In this document: one piece after another, positions 31,270-41,175 of the stretch
How the letters are laid out: each line of letters opens with the position of its first letter
Position numbering within the stretch: the stretch's first letter is position 1
Source of the DNA: an uncultured Gammaproteobacteria bacterium
Lineage (GTDB): Bacteria; Pseudomonadota; Gammaproteobacteria; Steroidobacterales; Steroidobacteraceae
Direction: 5' to 3'
NCBI GenBank assembly: GCA_963836275.1
Contig: CAWIIM010000003.1
Coordinates: 66,065-130,064, forward strand
Length of the DNA: 64,000 nt
Translations under genes and position numbers: made by a program
Notes under the pieces: generated by a model
The model's database searches: none
Seen by the model: the letters and a program-made list of their open reading frames with translations, nothing else
Told to the model about the DNA's origin: nothing

Positions 31270-32358
31270 TTATTGGGGAATCAACTCGCGTCGCAATTGC
31301 CGCGCGATACGGTCGCGGCGCGCCCGGGTTCCCGTGACGAGGGTCACATGTCCGAGTTTACGGCCCGGCCGCGCGTCCTTGCCATAGTCGTGCCAGTGCA
31401 GACCCGGCCGCGCGAGCAGCGTGGCAGCCCGCGGCTTGTGCCCGATGACATTCACCATGACCGCGTGCCCGCGCGCCCGCGTGCTGCCGAGCGGCAGGCC
31501 CGCGACCGCGCGCACGTGGTTCTCGAACTGGCTGGTCTCCGCGCCCTCGATCGACCAGTGGCCGGAGTTGTGCACGCGCGGCGCCATTTCGTTGGCGACC
31601 AGTCGCCCGTGCACCACGAAGTACTCGACCGCCAGCACGCCGACGTATCCGAGCGCGCGGAACAGGCGCCGGTGATTGCGCTCCGCGGCGCGCTGCAGGA
31701 CCGCATTGCGGTAAGGCGCGCGGGTCACGGCGAGGATGCCGTTTGCGTGCTCGTTCTCGGCCAGGGGATAGCAGGCGACGGCGCCATCGCGGCCTCGCGC
31801 CGCGACCAGGGAGACTTCGCGCGAGAAGTTGACGAAGCGCTCGTAGATGAGCGGCTGGTCCGCGAGCTGGTCGTATGCCGTGCGCGCATCGCGCGCCTGC
31901 CGGATGCGCGCCTGGCCCTTGCCGTCGTAGCCGAGGCGGCGCGTCTTCAGGATTCCCGGTACGCCGAGGGCGGCCATCGCGCGATCGAGGTCGCCTGGCG
32001 TGTCGACGGGCGCGAACGGCGCGACCGGGATGCCGAGCCTGCCGAACAGGCGTTTTTCGGACAGCCGGTCCTGTGCTGCCGCGAGCGCGCGCGGCGGCGG
32101 CCACACCGGGCGGATTCTCGCGATGGCGCGCGCGGCGGCGACCGGCACGTTTTCCCAGTCGAAGGTGACGACGTCGACGCCGCGCGCGAAACGCATCAGC
32201 TTGCGGCGGTCGTCGAATGCGCCGGTGACGAGATCGGCGACCGCGGCGCCGGGAACGTCGCGGCTGCGGTCATACATGGCGAACTCGAGGCCGAGCGGGA
32301 TTCCGGCGAGGGCCATCATCCGGCCGAGCTGGCCGGCGCCGACGATGCCGATTCGCAT
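31270..32358 (-). CDS. purK: N5-carboxyaminoimidazole ribonucleotide synthase
   Basis: MRIGIVGAGQLGRMMAL..., ATP-grasp, directly downstream of purE. Confidence 0.92.
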   Translation of the reverse strand: MRIGIVGAGQLGRMMALAGIPLGLEFAMYDRSRDVPGAAVADLVTGAFDDRRKLMRFARGVDVVTFDWENVPVAAARAIARIRPVWPPPRALAAAQDRLSEKRLFGRLGIPVAPFAPVDTPGDLDRAMAALGVPGILKTRRLGYDGKGQARIRQARDARTAYDQLADQPLIYERFVNFSREVSLVAARGRDGAVACYPLAENEHANGILAVTRAPYRNAVLQRAAERNHRRLFRALGYVGVLAVEYFVVHGRLVANEMAPRVHNSGHWSIEGAETSQFENHVRAVAGLPLGSTRARGHAVMVNVIGHKPRAATLLARPGLHWHDYGKDARPGRKLGHVTLVTGTRARRDRIARQLRRELIPQ

Positions 32359-32366
32359 GGCGGGCC

Positions 32367-32858
32367 TCAGCAGGCGGACGGATCCGGCTTCGCCAGCACG
32401 TCGGCGGTCTGTCGTTCGCGGAAGGCAGCCAGCGCGTCCCGGAATGGCGGATGACGGCCCGCGAGGATGGCGGTCGCGAGCAGCGCGGCATTGCGTGCCC
32501 CGGCTTCGCCGATCGCCACGGTTGCGACCGGCACGCCCGCGGGCATCTGCGCAATCGAGAGCAGGGAATCGAGTCCGTTCAGCGACTTCGAGCGGATCGG
32601 CACGCCGATCACGGGCAGCAGCGTCTTTGCCGCCGTCATGCCCGGCAGGTGCGCGGCCCCGCCGGCGCCGGCGACGATGACCTCGATCCCGCGCGCCGCG
32701 GCCCCTGCCGCGTATTCGAACAGCAGGTCCGGAGTCCGATGCGCGGAAATGACGCGACTCTCATGTGGCACGGAGAGTGCCGCGAGCGTATCTGCCGCGT
32801 GACGCATGGTTTCCCAGTCCGACGATGAGCCCATGATGATGCCGACCAGCGGTTTCAT
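32367..32858 (-). CDS. purE: N5-carboxyaminoimidazole ribonucleotide mutase
   Basis: [14 protein letters not shown]...AHRTPD...[10 protein letters not shown]... Confidence 0.93.
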   Translation of the reverse strand: MKPLVGIIMGSSSDWETMRHAADTLAALSVPHESRVISAHRTPDLLFEYAAGAAARGIEVIVAGAGGAAHLPGMTAAKTLLPVIGVPIRSKSLNGLDSLLSIAQMPAGVPVATVAIGEAGARNAALLATAILAGRHPPFRDALAAFRERQTADVLAKPDPSAC

Positions 32859-32948
32859 CGCGGAAGTTTAGCACGAGGGGGGTCTGCGACGGCTGTGGCG
32901 CTCGCGCTAACTCGTTGAACGGACTGGAATTCTAGAAAAGCGGGCGGT

Positions 32949-32994
32949 AAAACAAACAACCCCTGCGCCGACAGGGAGTGTTGCGACGCAGGGG
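32949..32994 (-). terminator. Intrinsic terminator-like hairpin on the minus strand in the purEK upstream region
   Basis: On the minus strand: CCCCUGCGUCG, a 13-nt loop, CGGCGCAGGGG (11 bp including one G-U), followed by UUGUUUGUUUU. It lies about 90 nt upstream of the purE ATG. A TAGAAT -10-like hexamer (complement of 32929-32934) lies between it and purE. Confidence 0.55.
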
Positions 32995-33123
32995 GGATGC
33001 CCGAAGATCAGGGGATGCTTGATACGCTGGGCAACGCGATCAGGCTATCGCGCCCGGCGAACGCAACGACAGGGGCGCTGTCTCCACCAGGCGACAAGCG
33101 TCCTACAAACCCAGGATGGACTC

Positions 33124-34437
33124 ATGCTTCAGGCCCACTTCGCAGCGAAATTCCGCGCCGCCGCAATCGCCGCGCTCGTTTTCGCCCTGCAGGCCATCGG
33201 GCCCGCGGTCACCGACGCCCACGCCGACGATGCGGCGTTGTCGCACGCGCGGGAATTCCTCGAGCGGCATCCTCTGATAGACGGTCACAACGACCTGCCG
33301 GAGGTGATCCGCGAGAAGGGCGAGCCGCCGCGCGACATCGCGGCGTACGACCTCACGCGCCGCACCGCTGGCGACACCGACATCGCCCGCCTGCGCGCCG
33401 GCGGCGTCGGCGGGCAGTTCTGGTCCGTCTATATCCCGAGTTCGCCCGACGTCGGCAACAAGGGGTTCGCGCGCATCCAGCTCGAGCAGATCGACATCGC
33501 GCTGCGCGTTATCGAGCGCTATCCCGACGACCTTGCGCTCGCGCTCACGGCCGACGACATCGAGCGGGCGAATGCGGCCGGCAAGATCGCGTCGCTGCTC
33601 GGCATCGAGGGCGGCCATGCGATCGAGAACTCGCTGGGGGCCCTGCGCGACTACTATCGCCTCGGCGTGCGCTACATGACGCTCACGCATTTCAACGCCA
33701 ATGACTGGGCGGACTCGGCGACCGAGCCGCCGCGACATCGCGGGCTCACGAGGTTCGGCGAGGCGGTCGTGCACGAGATGAACCGCCTCGGAATGCTCGT
33801 GGACCTCTCGCACGTCTCGGTCGACACGATGGACGATGTGCTGGAGGTGACCGGGGCCCCGGTGATTTTCTCGCACTCGAGCGCGCTCGCCCTCACGCCG
33901 AGCCCGCGCAACGTGCCAGATTCCGTGCTCGCGCGCGTGCGCGGGAATGGCGGGATCGTGATGGTGGACTTCATCTCGCAGTTCACCGTCCAGGGCCAGG
34001 CCCACGTGCGCTGGCAGGAAGCCTTTGCGCGCGAAACCGGCGCGCAGCTTGCGGACACCGATTACGACGAGAAGCTCGAGAAGTTCACCGCCGGGCATCC
34101 GGAGCCCCGCGCGTCGATCGCGGATGTCGCGGACCACGTCGAGCACGTGCGCGACGTCGCCGGCATCGATCATGTGGGGATCGGCGCCGATTTCTTCGGC
34201 GAGCCGGACTGGATGGCCGCCGGGCTCGAGGACGTGTCGCGCTACCCGGAACTGTTCGCGGAGCTCATCCGCCGCGGCTGGAGCGATGCGGACCTCGAGA
34301 AGCTGGCACGGGGGAACGTGCTGCGCGTGATGCGGGAGGCGGAAAAGGTCGCCGCCCGGCTGCAGAAGGAACGACCTGCGTCATTCCTGACGATCGAGCA
34401 GGTGGACGGCGGCCAGGCGCTGCCGGATACCTATTGA
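33124..34437 (+). CDS. Membrane dipeptidase (peptidase family M19), secreted
   Basis: Signal peptide MLQAHFAAKFRAAAIAALVFALQAIG..., ...HPLIDGHNDLP..., ...MTLTHFNANDWADS..., ...VIFSHSSA... Confidence 0.88.
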   Translation: MLQAHFAAKFRAAAIAALVFALQAIGPAVTDAHADDAALSHAREFLERHPLIDGHNDLPEVIREKGEPPRDIAAYDLTRRTAGDTDIARLRAGGVGGQFWSVYIPSSPDVGNKGFARIQLEQIDIALRVIERYPDDLALALTADDIERANAAGKIASLLGIEGGHAIENSLGALRDYYRLGVRYMTLTHFNANDWADSATEPPRHRGLTRFGEAVVHEMNRLGMLVDLSHVSVDTMDDVLEVTGAPVIFSHSSALALTPSPRNVPDSVLARVRGNGGIVMVDFISQFTVQGQAHVRWQEAFARETGAQLADTDYDEKLEKFTAGHPEPRASIADVADHVEHVRDVAGIDHVGIGADFFGEPDWMAAGLEDVSRYPELFAELIRRGWSDADLEKLARGNVLRVMREAEKVAARLQKERPASFLTIEQVDGGQALPDTY

Positions 34438-34440
34438 GCG

Positions 34441-34953
34441 TCAGGGCTCGGCCAGCAGCGTGTCCTGCACCAGGCGAAACAGCTTGCGGCCGGCGCCCGC
34501 CGCGCGACCGGCCCGGCGCTCGGCGGTCGCCGCGGCCACCAGCGCCGCAATTTCGGCGCCGTTCGCGGACGGGTGCGCAGCCAGGAATTCCGCAAGCGCC
34601 GCGGCGTCCCCGCCGGCCAGCCGGTCGCGCCAGCGCTCGGCCCGCTTGAAGCGCGCGGCCTCGATGCGCGCCGCATCCGACCGGGCCTCTAGGACTGCCT
34701 CGAGGGGCGCCGGGTCGATGCCGCGCATCAGCTTGGCCACGAACTGGCGCTGGCGCAGGCGCGCCGCGTGGCTCGTGATGCGCCGCGCGAGGGCGATTGC
34801 GTCGGCGAGTTTCTCGGGCAAGTCGAGGCCTTCGGCGACGATTTCCGTGGCGTCGATCAGCCGGTCGGCCAGGGACTGCACACGCTGTGCCTGGCGCTTC
34901 AATTCGGACTTTGTGGGCGGCGCGACGCCGCCGGGCAACTCGCGGCGGCGCAT
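34441..34953 (-). CDS. yjgA: Ribosome-associated protein YjgA/DarP (DUF615)
   Basis: 170 aa, ...PPTKSELKRQAQRVQSLADRL...QRQFVAKLMR... Divergent from pmbA, as in E. coli. Confidence 0.8.
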   Translation of the reverse strand: MRRRELPGGVAPPTKSELKRQAQRVQSLADRLIDATEIVAEGLDLPEKLADAIALARRITSHAARLRQRQFVAKLMRGIDPAPLEAVLEARSDAARIEAARFKRAERWRDRLAGGDAAALAEFLAAHPSANGAEIAALVAAATAERRAGRAAGAGRKLFRLVQDTLLAEP

Positions 34954-35014
34954 CTGAAGATGCTAGCACGCGCGTCATTGGCCGCCGGCTGACCACGGTA
35001 CAATCCACGGACCC

Positions 35015-36352
35015 ATGGCCGAATCCAGCCCATATGACCAGCAAGCGCTCGAGGCCGTGGTCGAGCGCGCCCTCGCGCTCGCGCGGGCCGGCGGCGCCAC
35101 CGCGGCAGAGGCGGGCGTCGGCGTCTCCGCGGGCCTGTCCGTGACAGTACGGCTCGGCGAGGTGGAAACCCTCGAATACCAGCGCGACCGCAGCCTCGGC
35201 GTCACGGTCTATGCCGGACAGCGCAAGGGCTCGGCGAGCACTGCGAACCTGACGCCGTCCGCGATAGAGGAGACGATCGCCAAGGCGCTGTCGATCGCGA
35301 GCTTCACGGCAAACGACGAGTTCGCGGGCCTGCCCGACGCGGAGCGCATGGCGGACCGTCTGCCTGATCTCGACCTCAGCCACCCCTGGGACCTCGAGGC
35401 ACCCGCTGCGGTCGAGCTGGCCAGGCGCTGCGAGGCCGCGGGTCTCGCATTCGACCGGAACATCCGGAACTCGGAAGGCGCCTCGGTATCGACCCATCGC
35501 AAGCTCAGCGTCTTCGGCAACAGCCACGGCTTCATCGGCGGCTACCCCTCGACTTCGCACAGCGTCAGCTGCGTCGTGGTCGGCCAGAAAGACAGCGAAA
35601 TGCAGCGCGACTACTGGTACACGGCGGCGCGCGACTGGCGCGCGCTCGAGGACGTCGAGGCGGTCGGCCGCCGGGCGGCCGAGAAAGCCGTGCGCCGCCT
35701 CGGAGCCGGCAAGCTCCCGACCTGCAAGGCGCCGGTGCTGTTCGCGCCGGAACTGGCGCGCGGGCTGATCGGCCATTTCACGGGCGCGATCAGCGGCGGC
35801 GCGCAATATCGCAGGAGCAGCTTCCTGCTCGATGCCAAAGGCGAGCAGGTGTTTCCCGAGGCAATCTCGCTGGTGGAGCGCCCGCACCTGCCGGGTGCGC
35901 TCGGCTCCGCGCCCTTCGACGGCGAGGGGGTCGCGACCCGCGACCGTGAGCTGGTAGTGGACGGCGTTCTCGGCGGCTACCTGCTCGATTCGTACTCGGC
36001 GCGCAAGCTCGGCCTGGTGACGACGGGAAACGCGGGCGGCGTCCACAACCTGGTCATCAAGGGGCACATGCTCGACCCGAAATCCCTGCTCAGGAAGCTC
36101 GGCACGGGCCTGCTCGTGACCGAGATGATGGGGCAGGGCGTGAACCCGGTGACCGGCGATTACTCGCGCGGCGCCTCAGGTTTCTGGGTCGAGAACGGCG
36201 AGATTGCGCGGCCGGTGCATGAAATCACGGTTGCCGGGCATTTGCGCCGGATGTACCGCGGAATCGTCGCCCTCGGCGACGACGTCGACCGCCGCGGCGC
36301 GATCCATTGCGGATCGGTGCTCATCGACGAGATGACGATCGCCGGCGACTGA
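35015..36352 (+). CDS. pmbA: Metalloprotease PmbA (TldE)
   Basis: 445 aa, ...GVSAGLSVTVRLGEVETLEYQRDRSLGVTVY...GDYSRGASGFWVENGEI... Confidence 0.9.
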   Translation: MAESSPYDQQALEAVVERALALARAGGATAAEAGVGVSAGLSVTVRLGEVETLEYQRDRSLGVTVYAGQRKGSASTANLTPSAIEETIAKALSIASFTANDEFAGLPDAERMADRLPDLDLSHPWDLEAPAAVELARRCEAAGLAFDRNIRNSEGASVSTHRKLSVFGNSHGFIGGYPSTSHSVSCVVVGQKDSEMQRDYWYTAARDWRALEDVEAVGRRAAEKAVRRLGAGKLPTCKAPVLFAPELARGLIGHFTGAISGGAQYRRSSFLLDAKGEQVFPEAISLVERPHLPGALGSAPFDGEGVATRDRELVVDGVLGGYLLDSYSARKLGLVTTGNAGGVHNLVIKGHMLDPKSLLRKLGTGLLVTEMMGQGVNPVTGDYSRGASGFWVENGEIARPVHEITVAGHLRRMYRGIVALGDDVDRRGAIHCGSVLIDEMTIAGD

Positions 36353-36386
36353 CGCGTCGACAGCGCCGCGCGAACTTCGCCGCGAT

Positions 36387-36444
36387 AAAAGGGGACAGTC
36401 ACCTTTTCCTTCGATCCTTTGGGAAAAGGTGACTGTCCCCTTTT
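36387..36444. repeat. REPIN-like inverted-repeat doublet / bidirectional terminator (pmbA / yihY junction)
   Basis: AAAAGGGGACAGTCACCTTTTCC (36387-36409) and its exact reverse complement (36422-36444), with a 12-nt loop. An A-run precedes and a T-run follows on both strands. Confidence 0.9.
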
Positions 36445-36447
36445 GTC

Positions 36448-37773
36448 TCAGGGCGTCGCCGGCTGCGATGCAAGTTCGCGCAGCGTCATGCCCGTGATCC
36501 GCTCGCGCATCCCCGCTTCCACGGAATTCGCGACCTCGTCGGCCACGGGCTCGGTGCGGGCGCGCCACAGCAGCCAGGTCTCGTACTGGCGCTCGTCGCG
36601 CACCGCGTGCAGGACATCGGTCAGCGCGATGCTCTCGAGGTCGCGTGCCGGAATGAGCTCCTCGTCCTCGGTGAGCGTGACGAGCCCGGCACGCTCCAGG
36701 GAACGGACCACGGTCGCGACTGCGGAGCCCGGGACCTCGAGATCATCGGCGAGGTCCCGTTGCTGCCAGGGCGGCTCGCCGGCGACGAACTTGCGCGCGA
36801 TCAACAACATCACGGTGAATGCGAGGCGCTCGCGCAGCGCGCTGGTCAGGCGTACGTGGCCCTGGCCGACGCGCAGGTACCTCGGGTTCTGCACGTAGAA
36901 GGAGAGCTGGGCGCCGATCAGGAGGATCAGCCAGCTGAGGTAGATCCAGATCAGCGTCGCGAGGAATATGGCGAAGCCGGCGTAGATCGCGACCATGTTG
37001 GTCGAGGCCGCGACGATGCGCGTGAACAGGGCGCCGCTCGCGGCCCACAGAAACCCGGCGGTGACGCCGCCGACGAGCGCCGCGCGAAGGCGCACCCGCG
37101 TGTTCGGGATGAAGGCGTAGAGGAACGAGAAGACGCCGGTCACGAACAGGAACGGTGCGAGGTACCCGAAAGCCCTGACGATGCTGCCGAAGGGCTCGTG
37201 GCTGGTGAGCCATTGCACGGGAGCGCGGGCCGCGACCGCGCTGAACAGGCTGAACGCGATGACGATGAAAACCGGCCCGATCACCATCAGGCTCAGGTAC
37301 TCGCTGACGCGCCGCATCACCGAGCGTGGGCGCTCGACGTGCCAGGCGAAGTTGAACGCCTCCTCCAGCTTCTGGATCGTCGAGACGACCGTATAGAGCA
37401 GGAACGCGAGCCCCACGGATCCCAGCAGGTCGCCGCGCACGTTATCCACGAAGTGCATGAACTGCGCGGTCAGTTCCCCCGCGCGCTCGCCGATCGGGCG
37501 CAGGAACTCGTAGATGAGCGGCTCGAGGTCGCGGTGCACGCCGAGCCCCTTCAGTACCGCGAAGGCGAAGGCAGCGAGCGGGACGAACGAAAGCAGCGTC
37601 GTGTACACGAGCCCCATCGCCCGCAGGTTGAGCTCGCCCGCGAGCAGGTCGCGGACCAGCGCGTACGGGTAGCGCGAGAGGTCGAGCAGCCAGTTCGCCG
37701 GCTTGACCGGCAGGTCGTGGCGGTCGAACAGCAGACGCTCGGCGCGCTCCTTGAGCTGCGGAAACGGGATCAT
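36448..37773 (-). CDS. YihY/BrkB-family inner membrane protein with a C-terminal winged-helix-like extension
   Basis: 441 aa. The N-terminal ~290 aa are multi-TM YihY-like (...LSFVPLAAFAFAVLKG...). The C-terminal ~150 aa contain ...QRDLADDLEVPGSAVATVVRSLERAGLV..., which is HTH-like. Confidence 0.8.
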   Translation of the reverse strand: MIPFPQLKERAERLLFDRHDLPVKPANWLLDLSRYPYALVRDLLAGELNLRAMGLVYTTLLSFVPLAAFAFAVLKGLGVHRDLEPLIYEFLRPIGERAGELTAQFMHFVDNVRGDLLGSVGLAFLLYTVVSTIQKLEEAFNFAWHVERPRSVMRRVSEYLSLMVIGPVFIVIAFSLFSAVAARAPVQWLTSHEPFGSIVRAFGYLAPFLFVTGVFSFLYAFIPNTRVRLRAALVGGVTAGFLWAASGALFTRIVAASTNMVAIYAGFAIFLATLIWIYLSWLILLIGAQLSFYVQNPRYLRVGQGHVRLTSALRERLAFTVMLLIARKFVAGEPPWQQRDLADDLEVPGSAVATVVRSLERAGLVTLTEDEELIPARDLESIALTDVLHAVRDERQYETWLLWRARTEPVADEVANSVEAGMRERITGMTLRELASQPATP

Positions 37774-37841
37774 CGCGCGAGCGTGGCACAGCGCTTTGGC
37801 GGCCGCAAACGCCGGCCGGGTCCGCCTGCTAGAGTGCGGCG

Positions 37842-38681
37842 ATGCCCGGCGGTTTCCCTGAACGCATCGTCTGCCTGACCGAGGAGACGACCGAGACGCT
37901 CTATCTCCTCGGCGAGGAGGCGCGCATCGTCGGCATCTCGGGCTTCACCGTGCGTCCGTCGCGGGCGCGGCGCGAGAAGCCGAAAGTCTCGGCATTCACC
38001 AGCGCCCGGATCGACCGCATCGTCGCGCTGCGCCCCGACCTGGTGCTCGGTTTCTCGGACCTTCAGGCGGGCATCGCCGCCGAGCTCGCGCGAGCTGGCA
38101 TGGAGGTGCACCTCTTCAACCACAGGAGCATCGCGGAGATCCTGCGCATGGTGCGGATGCTGGGCGGCATGGTCGGGTGCGCGCCGCGGGCGGATGCGCT
38201 CGCAGCGCGGCTCGAGGCCGGCGTCGAGTCGATGCGCGCCGCGGCTGCCCGGCTGCCGCGGCGCCCGCGCGTCTATTTCGAGGAGTGGGACGAGCCGCTG
38301 ATCGCCGGCATCCGCTGGGTGGGCGAGGTGATCGAGGCGGCGGGCGGCGAGAACTGCTTCCCGGAACTCGCGGAAAAACCGCTGGGCCGCGATCGCATCA
38401 TCGCCGACCCGTCGGAGGTCGTGAGGCGCGCGCCGGACATGATCCTCGGCTCGTGGTGCGGCAAGAAGTTCCGGCCTGACCGTGTGGCGGCTCGCGTTGG
38501 GTGGGAGGCCATACCGGCCGTGCGCGACGGCGAGCTACACGAGATCAAGTCGCCAATCATCCTCCAGCCGGGTCCGGCGGCGCTGACCGACGGCCTCGCG
38601 CAGGTCCATGCGCTCATCGCGCGCTGGGCAGACAAAAGGGGACAGTCACCTTTACCCGGGAACTCCGAAAGGCAAAGGTGA
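37842..38681 (+). CDS. Periplasmic-binding-protein family (BtuF/cobalamin- or siderophore-binding type); the annotated C-terminus is read out of a repeat element
   Basis: ...RIVCLTEETTETLYLLG...RIVGIS...DLVLGF... The last ~16 codons (KRGQSPLPGNSERQR*) lie inside the 38634-38705 repeat. Confidence 0.7.
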   Translation: MPGGFPERIVCLTEETTETLYLLGEEARIVGISGFTVRPSRARREKPKVSAFTSARIDRIVALRPDLVLGFSDLQAGIAAELARAGMEVHLFNHRSIAEILRMVRMLGGMVGCAPRADALAARLEAGVESMRAAAARLPRRPRVYFEEWDEPLIAGIRWVGEVIEAAGGENCFPELAEKPLGRDRIIADPSEVVRRAPDMILGSWCGKKFRPDRVAARVGWEAIPAVRDGELHEIKSPIILQPGPAALTDGLAQVHALIARWADKRGQSPLPGNSERQR

Positions 38682-38705
38682 AGGAAAAGGTGACTGTCCC
38701 CTTTT
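38634..38705. repeat. REPIN-like inverted-repeat doublet (binding-protein gene / purC junction)
   Basis: AAAAGGGGACAGTCACCTTT (38634-38653) pairs with AAAAGGTGACTGTCCCCTTTT (38685-38705). The 31-nt spacer contains an extra partial arm, AAAGGTGA (38674-38681). Confidence 0.9.
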
Positions 38706-38709
38706 GAAC

Positions 38710-39597
38710 TCACGCCGTGAGTCGCCGCTCAGCCTCGCGGTACCTGGCGACCGTGCCCGCGATGACCTCGGCGGGGAGCCGGGGCCCGGGCGGGCGCTTG
38801 TCCCACTCGAGCGTCTCGAGGTAGTCGCGCACGTACTGCTTGTCGAACGAGGGGGGGCTGGTTCCCTCGCGGTAGCCGTCCGCCGGCCAGAAGCGCGACG
38901 AGTCCGGCGTCAGCGCCTCGTCCATCAGCACGATCGCGCCCGCGGCATCGAGGCCGAACTCGAACTTCGTATCGGCGATCAGGATTCCGCGCGCGCGCGC
39001 GTACCCGGCCGCGAAGCCGTAGAGCGCGAGCGCGAGCTCGCGCACCTGCGCCGCGGTGGCCGCGCCAATGGCCTTCTCGATCGCGGCGTAGGAGACGTTT
39101 TCGTCATGCTGGCCCGCCGCGGCCTTGGTCGCGGGCGTGAAGATCGGTGCAGGCAGCTTTGCCGCCAGGGCGAGGCCCGACGGCAATGCGATGCCGCAGA
39201 CTGCGCCGGTCTCCCGGTAGTCCTTCCAGCCGGAGCCGATCAGGTAGCCGCGCACGACGGCCTCCACTGGCAGGGGTCTCAGGCGCCGTACCACCACGGC
39301 GCGGCCCTCGAGCGGCGCGCGCTCCGCCGGGTCCGCGACGAATCTCGCGAGCGGCTCGCCGGTCAGGTGGTTCGCGACGATATGACGCGTGCGCGCAAAC
39401 CAGAAGTTCGAGATTGCCGTGAGCACGCGGCCCTTGCCGGGAATCGGGTCCGGCAAGACGACGTCGAAAGCGGACAGTCGGTCGCTCGCGACGATCAGCA
39501 TCCGGTCGTCGCCGATGGCGTAATTGTCGCGCACCTTGCCGCGGTGGAGCAGCGGCAAGGAATGGAGCTTCGACTCAAAGAGTGCGTCGGAATTCAT
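38710..39597 (-). CDS. purC: Phosphoribosylaminoimidazole-succinocarboxamide synthase (long form)
   Basis: ...[11 protein letters not shown]...[13 protein letters not shown]...[10 protein letters not shown]...DKQYVRDYL. Confidence 0.92.
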   Translation of the reverse strand: MNSDALFESKLHSLPLLHRGKVRDNYAIGDDRMLIVASDRLSAFDVVLPDPIPGKGRVLTAISNFWFARTRHIVANHLTGEPLARFVADPAERAPLEGRAVVVRRLRPLPVEAVVRGYLIGSGWKDYRETGAVCGIALPSGLALAAKLPAPIFTPATKAAAGQHDENVSYAAIEKAIGAATAAQVRELALALYGFAAGYARARGILIADTKFEFGLDAAGAIVLMDEALTPDSSRFWPADGYREGTSPPSFDKQYVRDYLETLEWDKRPPGPRLPAEVIAGTVARYREAERRLTA

Positions 39598-39657
39598 GCG
39601 GTGGGCGCTCTTGCTAACATGGCGCGCTCCGGGCGGTCAAGAAACGGGTAGGGGACG

Positions 39658-40476
39658 ATGGGTTGGACCGGCAAGCTGGTCGGCGCATTGCTGGGTTACG
39701 TACTGACGCGACGGCCGATGGGCGTCCTGCTCGGCATGATCCTCGGCCATCTCTGGGACCAGCGGGTCGCTGCGCGCAAGGCGGGGCCGCGTCCGGATAT
39801 CGCGACCGTACGGCAGACGTTCTTCCGCGCCGCGTTCTCGATCATGGGCCATGTCGCGAAGGCGGACGGGCGGGTGTCCGAGCGGGACATTGCCGCGGCG
39901 CGGCGCATCTTTCGCCAGTTCGGGCTTGGCGAGGCCGACACGCGCGCCGCCATGGAGTTCTACACGCGCGGCAGGGAGGCCGACTTCGACGCCGACGCGC
40001 TCCTGGCCGAGCTCGCGGGGGCCTGTCGCGGCCGCGAGGAGGTGCTCCGCCTGTTCCTCGAGATCCAGATGCGCGCTGCGCTCATGGGCGACGGTCTCGA
40101 GGGCGCGACGCGCGCGAGTCTTGCACGCATCGCCGCGACGCTCGGCATCGGCGCGATGGAATTCGCCCATCTCGAGGCGCTGTTGCGCTTCCAGATGCAT
40201 GCGGGGGCCTACGGCCCCGCGGGCACAGGCCGTGCCGGGCCCGCGCCGGGCGGCGCCGAGACCTCGCTCGACGAAGCCTACGAAATCCTCGGCGTCAGGC
40301 GCGATGCGAGCGATGCTGAAGTCAAGCGTGCCTGGCGCAAGCTCATGAGCGAAAATCACCCGGACAAGCTCGTCGCGCGCGGCCTGCCGGAATCCATGCT
40401 CGAGATCGCCAAGCAGAAGACGCAGGCGATCCAGGCCGCCTGGGAGCGCATCCGCGAAGCGCGCGGCATGCGTTAG
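39658..40476 (+). CDS. djlA: Co-chaperone DjlA (membrane-anchored J-domain protein)
   Basis: N-terminal TM GKLVGALLGYVL, TerB-like middle region, C-terminal J domain ...AYEILGV...KRAWRKLMSENHPDKL. Confidence 0.88.
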   Translation: MGWTGKLVGALLGYVLTRRPMGVLLGMILGHLWDQRVAARKAGPRPDIATVRQTFFRAAFSIMGHVAKADGRVSERDIAAARRIFRQFGLGEADTRAAMEFYTRGREADFDADALLAELAGACRGREEVLRLFLEIQMRAALMGDGLEGATRASLARIAATLGIGAMEFAHLEALLRFQMHAGAYGPAGTGRAGPAPGGAETSLDEAYEILGVRRDASDAEVKRAWRKLMSENHPDKLVARGLPESMLEIAKQKTQAIQAAWERIREARGMR

Positions 40477-40497
40477 AGTACGCGCGGGGGACGTTCC

Positions 40498-41175
40498 ATG
40501 CTGGCACCGGTCATCGCGCCATCCATCCTGTCCGCGGACTTCGCGCGTCTCGGCGCCGAGGTCGAAGCCGTGCTCGCAGCCGGTGCCGACTGGGTGCATT
40601 TCGACGTCATGGACAATCACTACGTCCCGAACCTCACGATCGGTCCGCTGGTCTGCAAGGCATTGCGCAGGCACGGCATCACCGCGCCGATCGACGTGCA
40701 TCTCATGGTGGAGCCCGTGGACGCGCTGGTGCCGGAGTTTGCCGAGGCGGGCGCCACCTGGATCAGCTTCCATCCGGAGGCCAGCCGCCACGTCGACCGC
40801 ACCATCCAGTTGATCCGTGACTCGGGTTGCCGGCCAGGGATCGTGCTGAATCCGGCGACGCCGCTCACCTGGCTGGACCACACCCTCGGATCGGTGGACC
40901 TCGTCCTGCTCATGTCCGTAAACCCGGGCTTCGGCGGCCAGCGGTTCATCGAACCGGTCCTCGGCAAGCTGGTCGAGGCGCGCCGCCGCATCGTCGCCAG
41001 CGGCCGCGAGATTCGTCTGGAAATCGACGGTGGGGTGAAACAGGACAACATCGGTCGCATCGCCCGGGCGGGCGCCGACACCTTCGTCGCGGGGAGTGCG
41101 ATCTTCGGCACCAGTGACTATCGCGCAACGATCCGCGCGATGCGCCGCGAAATAAAAGGGGACAGTCACCTTTAG
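40498..41175 (+). CDS. rpe: Ribulose-phosphate 3-epimerase; the last 7 codons lie in a repeat arm
   Basis: [14 protein letters not shown]...[15 protein letters not shown]...[11 protein letters not shown]...DGG. The C-terminus ...[10 protein letters not shown] is encoded by the 41149-41178 arm. Confidence 0.92.
   Translation: MLAPVIAPSILSADFARLGAEVEAVLAAGADWVHFDVMDNHYVPNLTIGPLVCKALRRHGITAPIDVHLMVEPVDALVPEFAEAGATWISFHPEASRHVDRTIQLIRDSGCRPGIVLNPATPLTWLDHTLGSVDLVLLMSVNPGFGGQRFIEPVLGKLVEARRRIVASGREIRLEIDGGVKQDNIGRIARAGADTFVAGSAIFGTSDYRATIRAMRREIKGDSHL

Noticed and set aside
32859-33123. ZTP (pfl), purine, PRPP or guanidine riboswitch upstream of purE
   Set aside because: Fragments such as CGCCUGG and CCGGGCG occur, but not in the order or spacing of the ZTP consensus as I remember it. 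No other aptamer consensus is recognisable. I kept it only as an unclassified leader or terminator.
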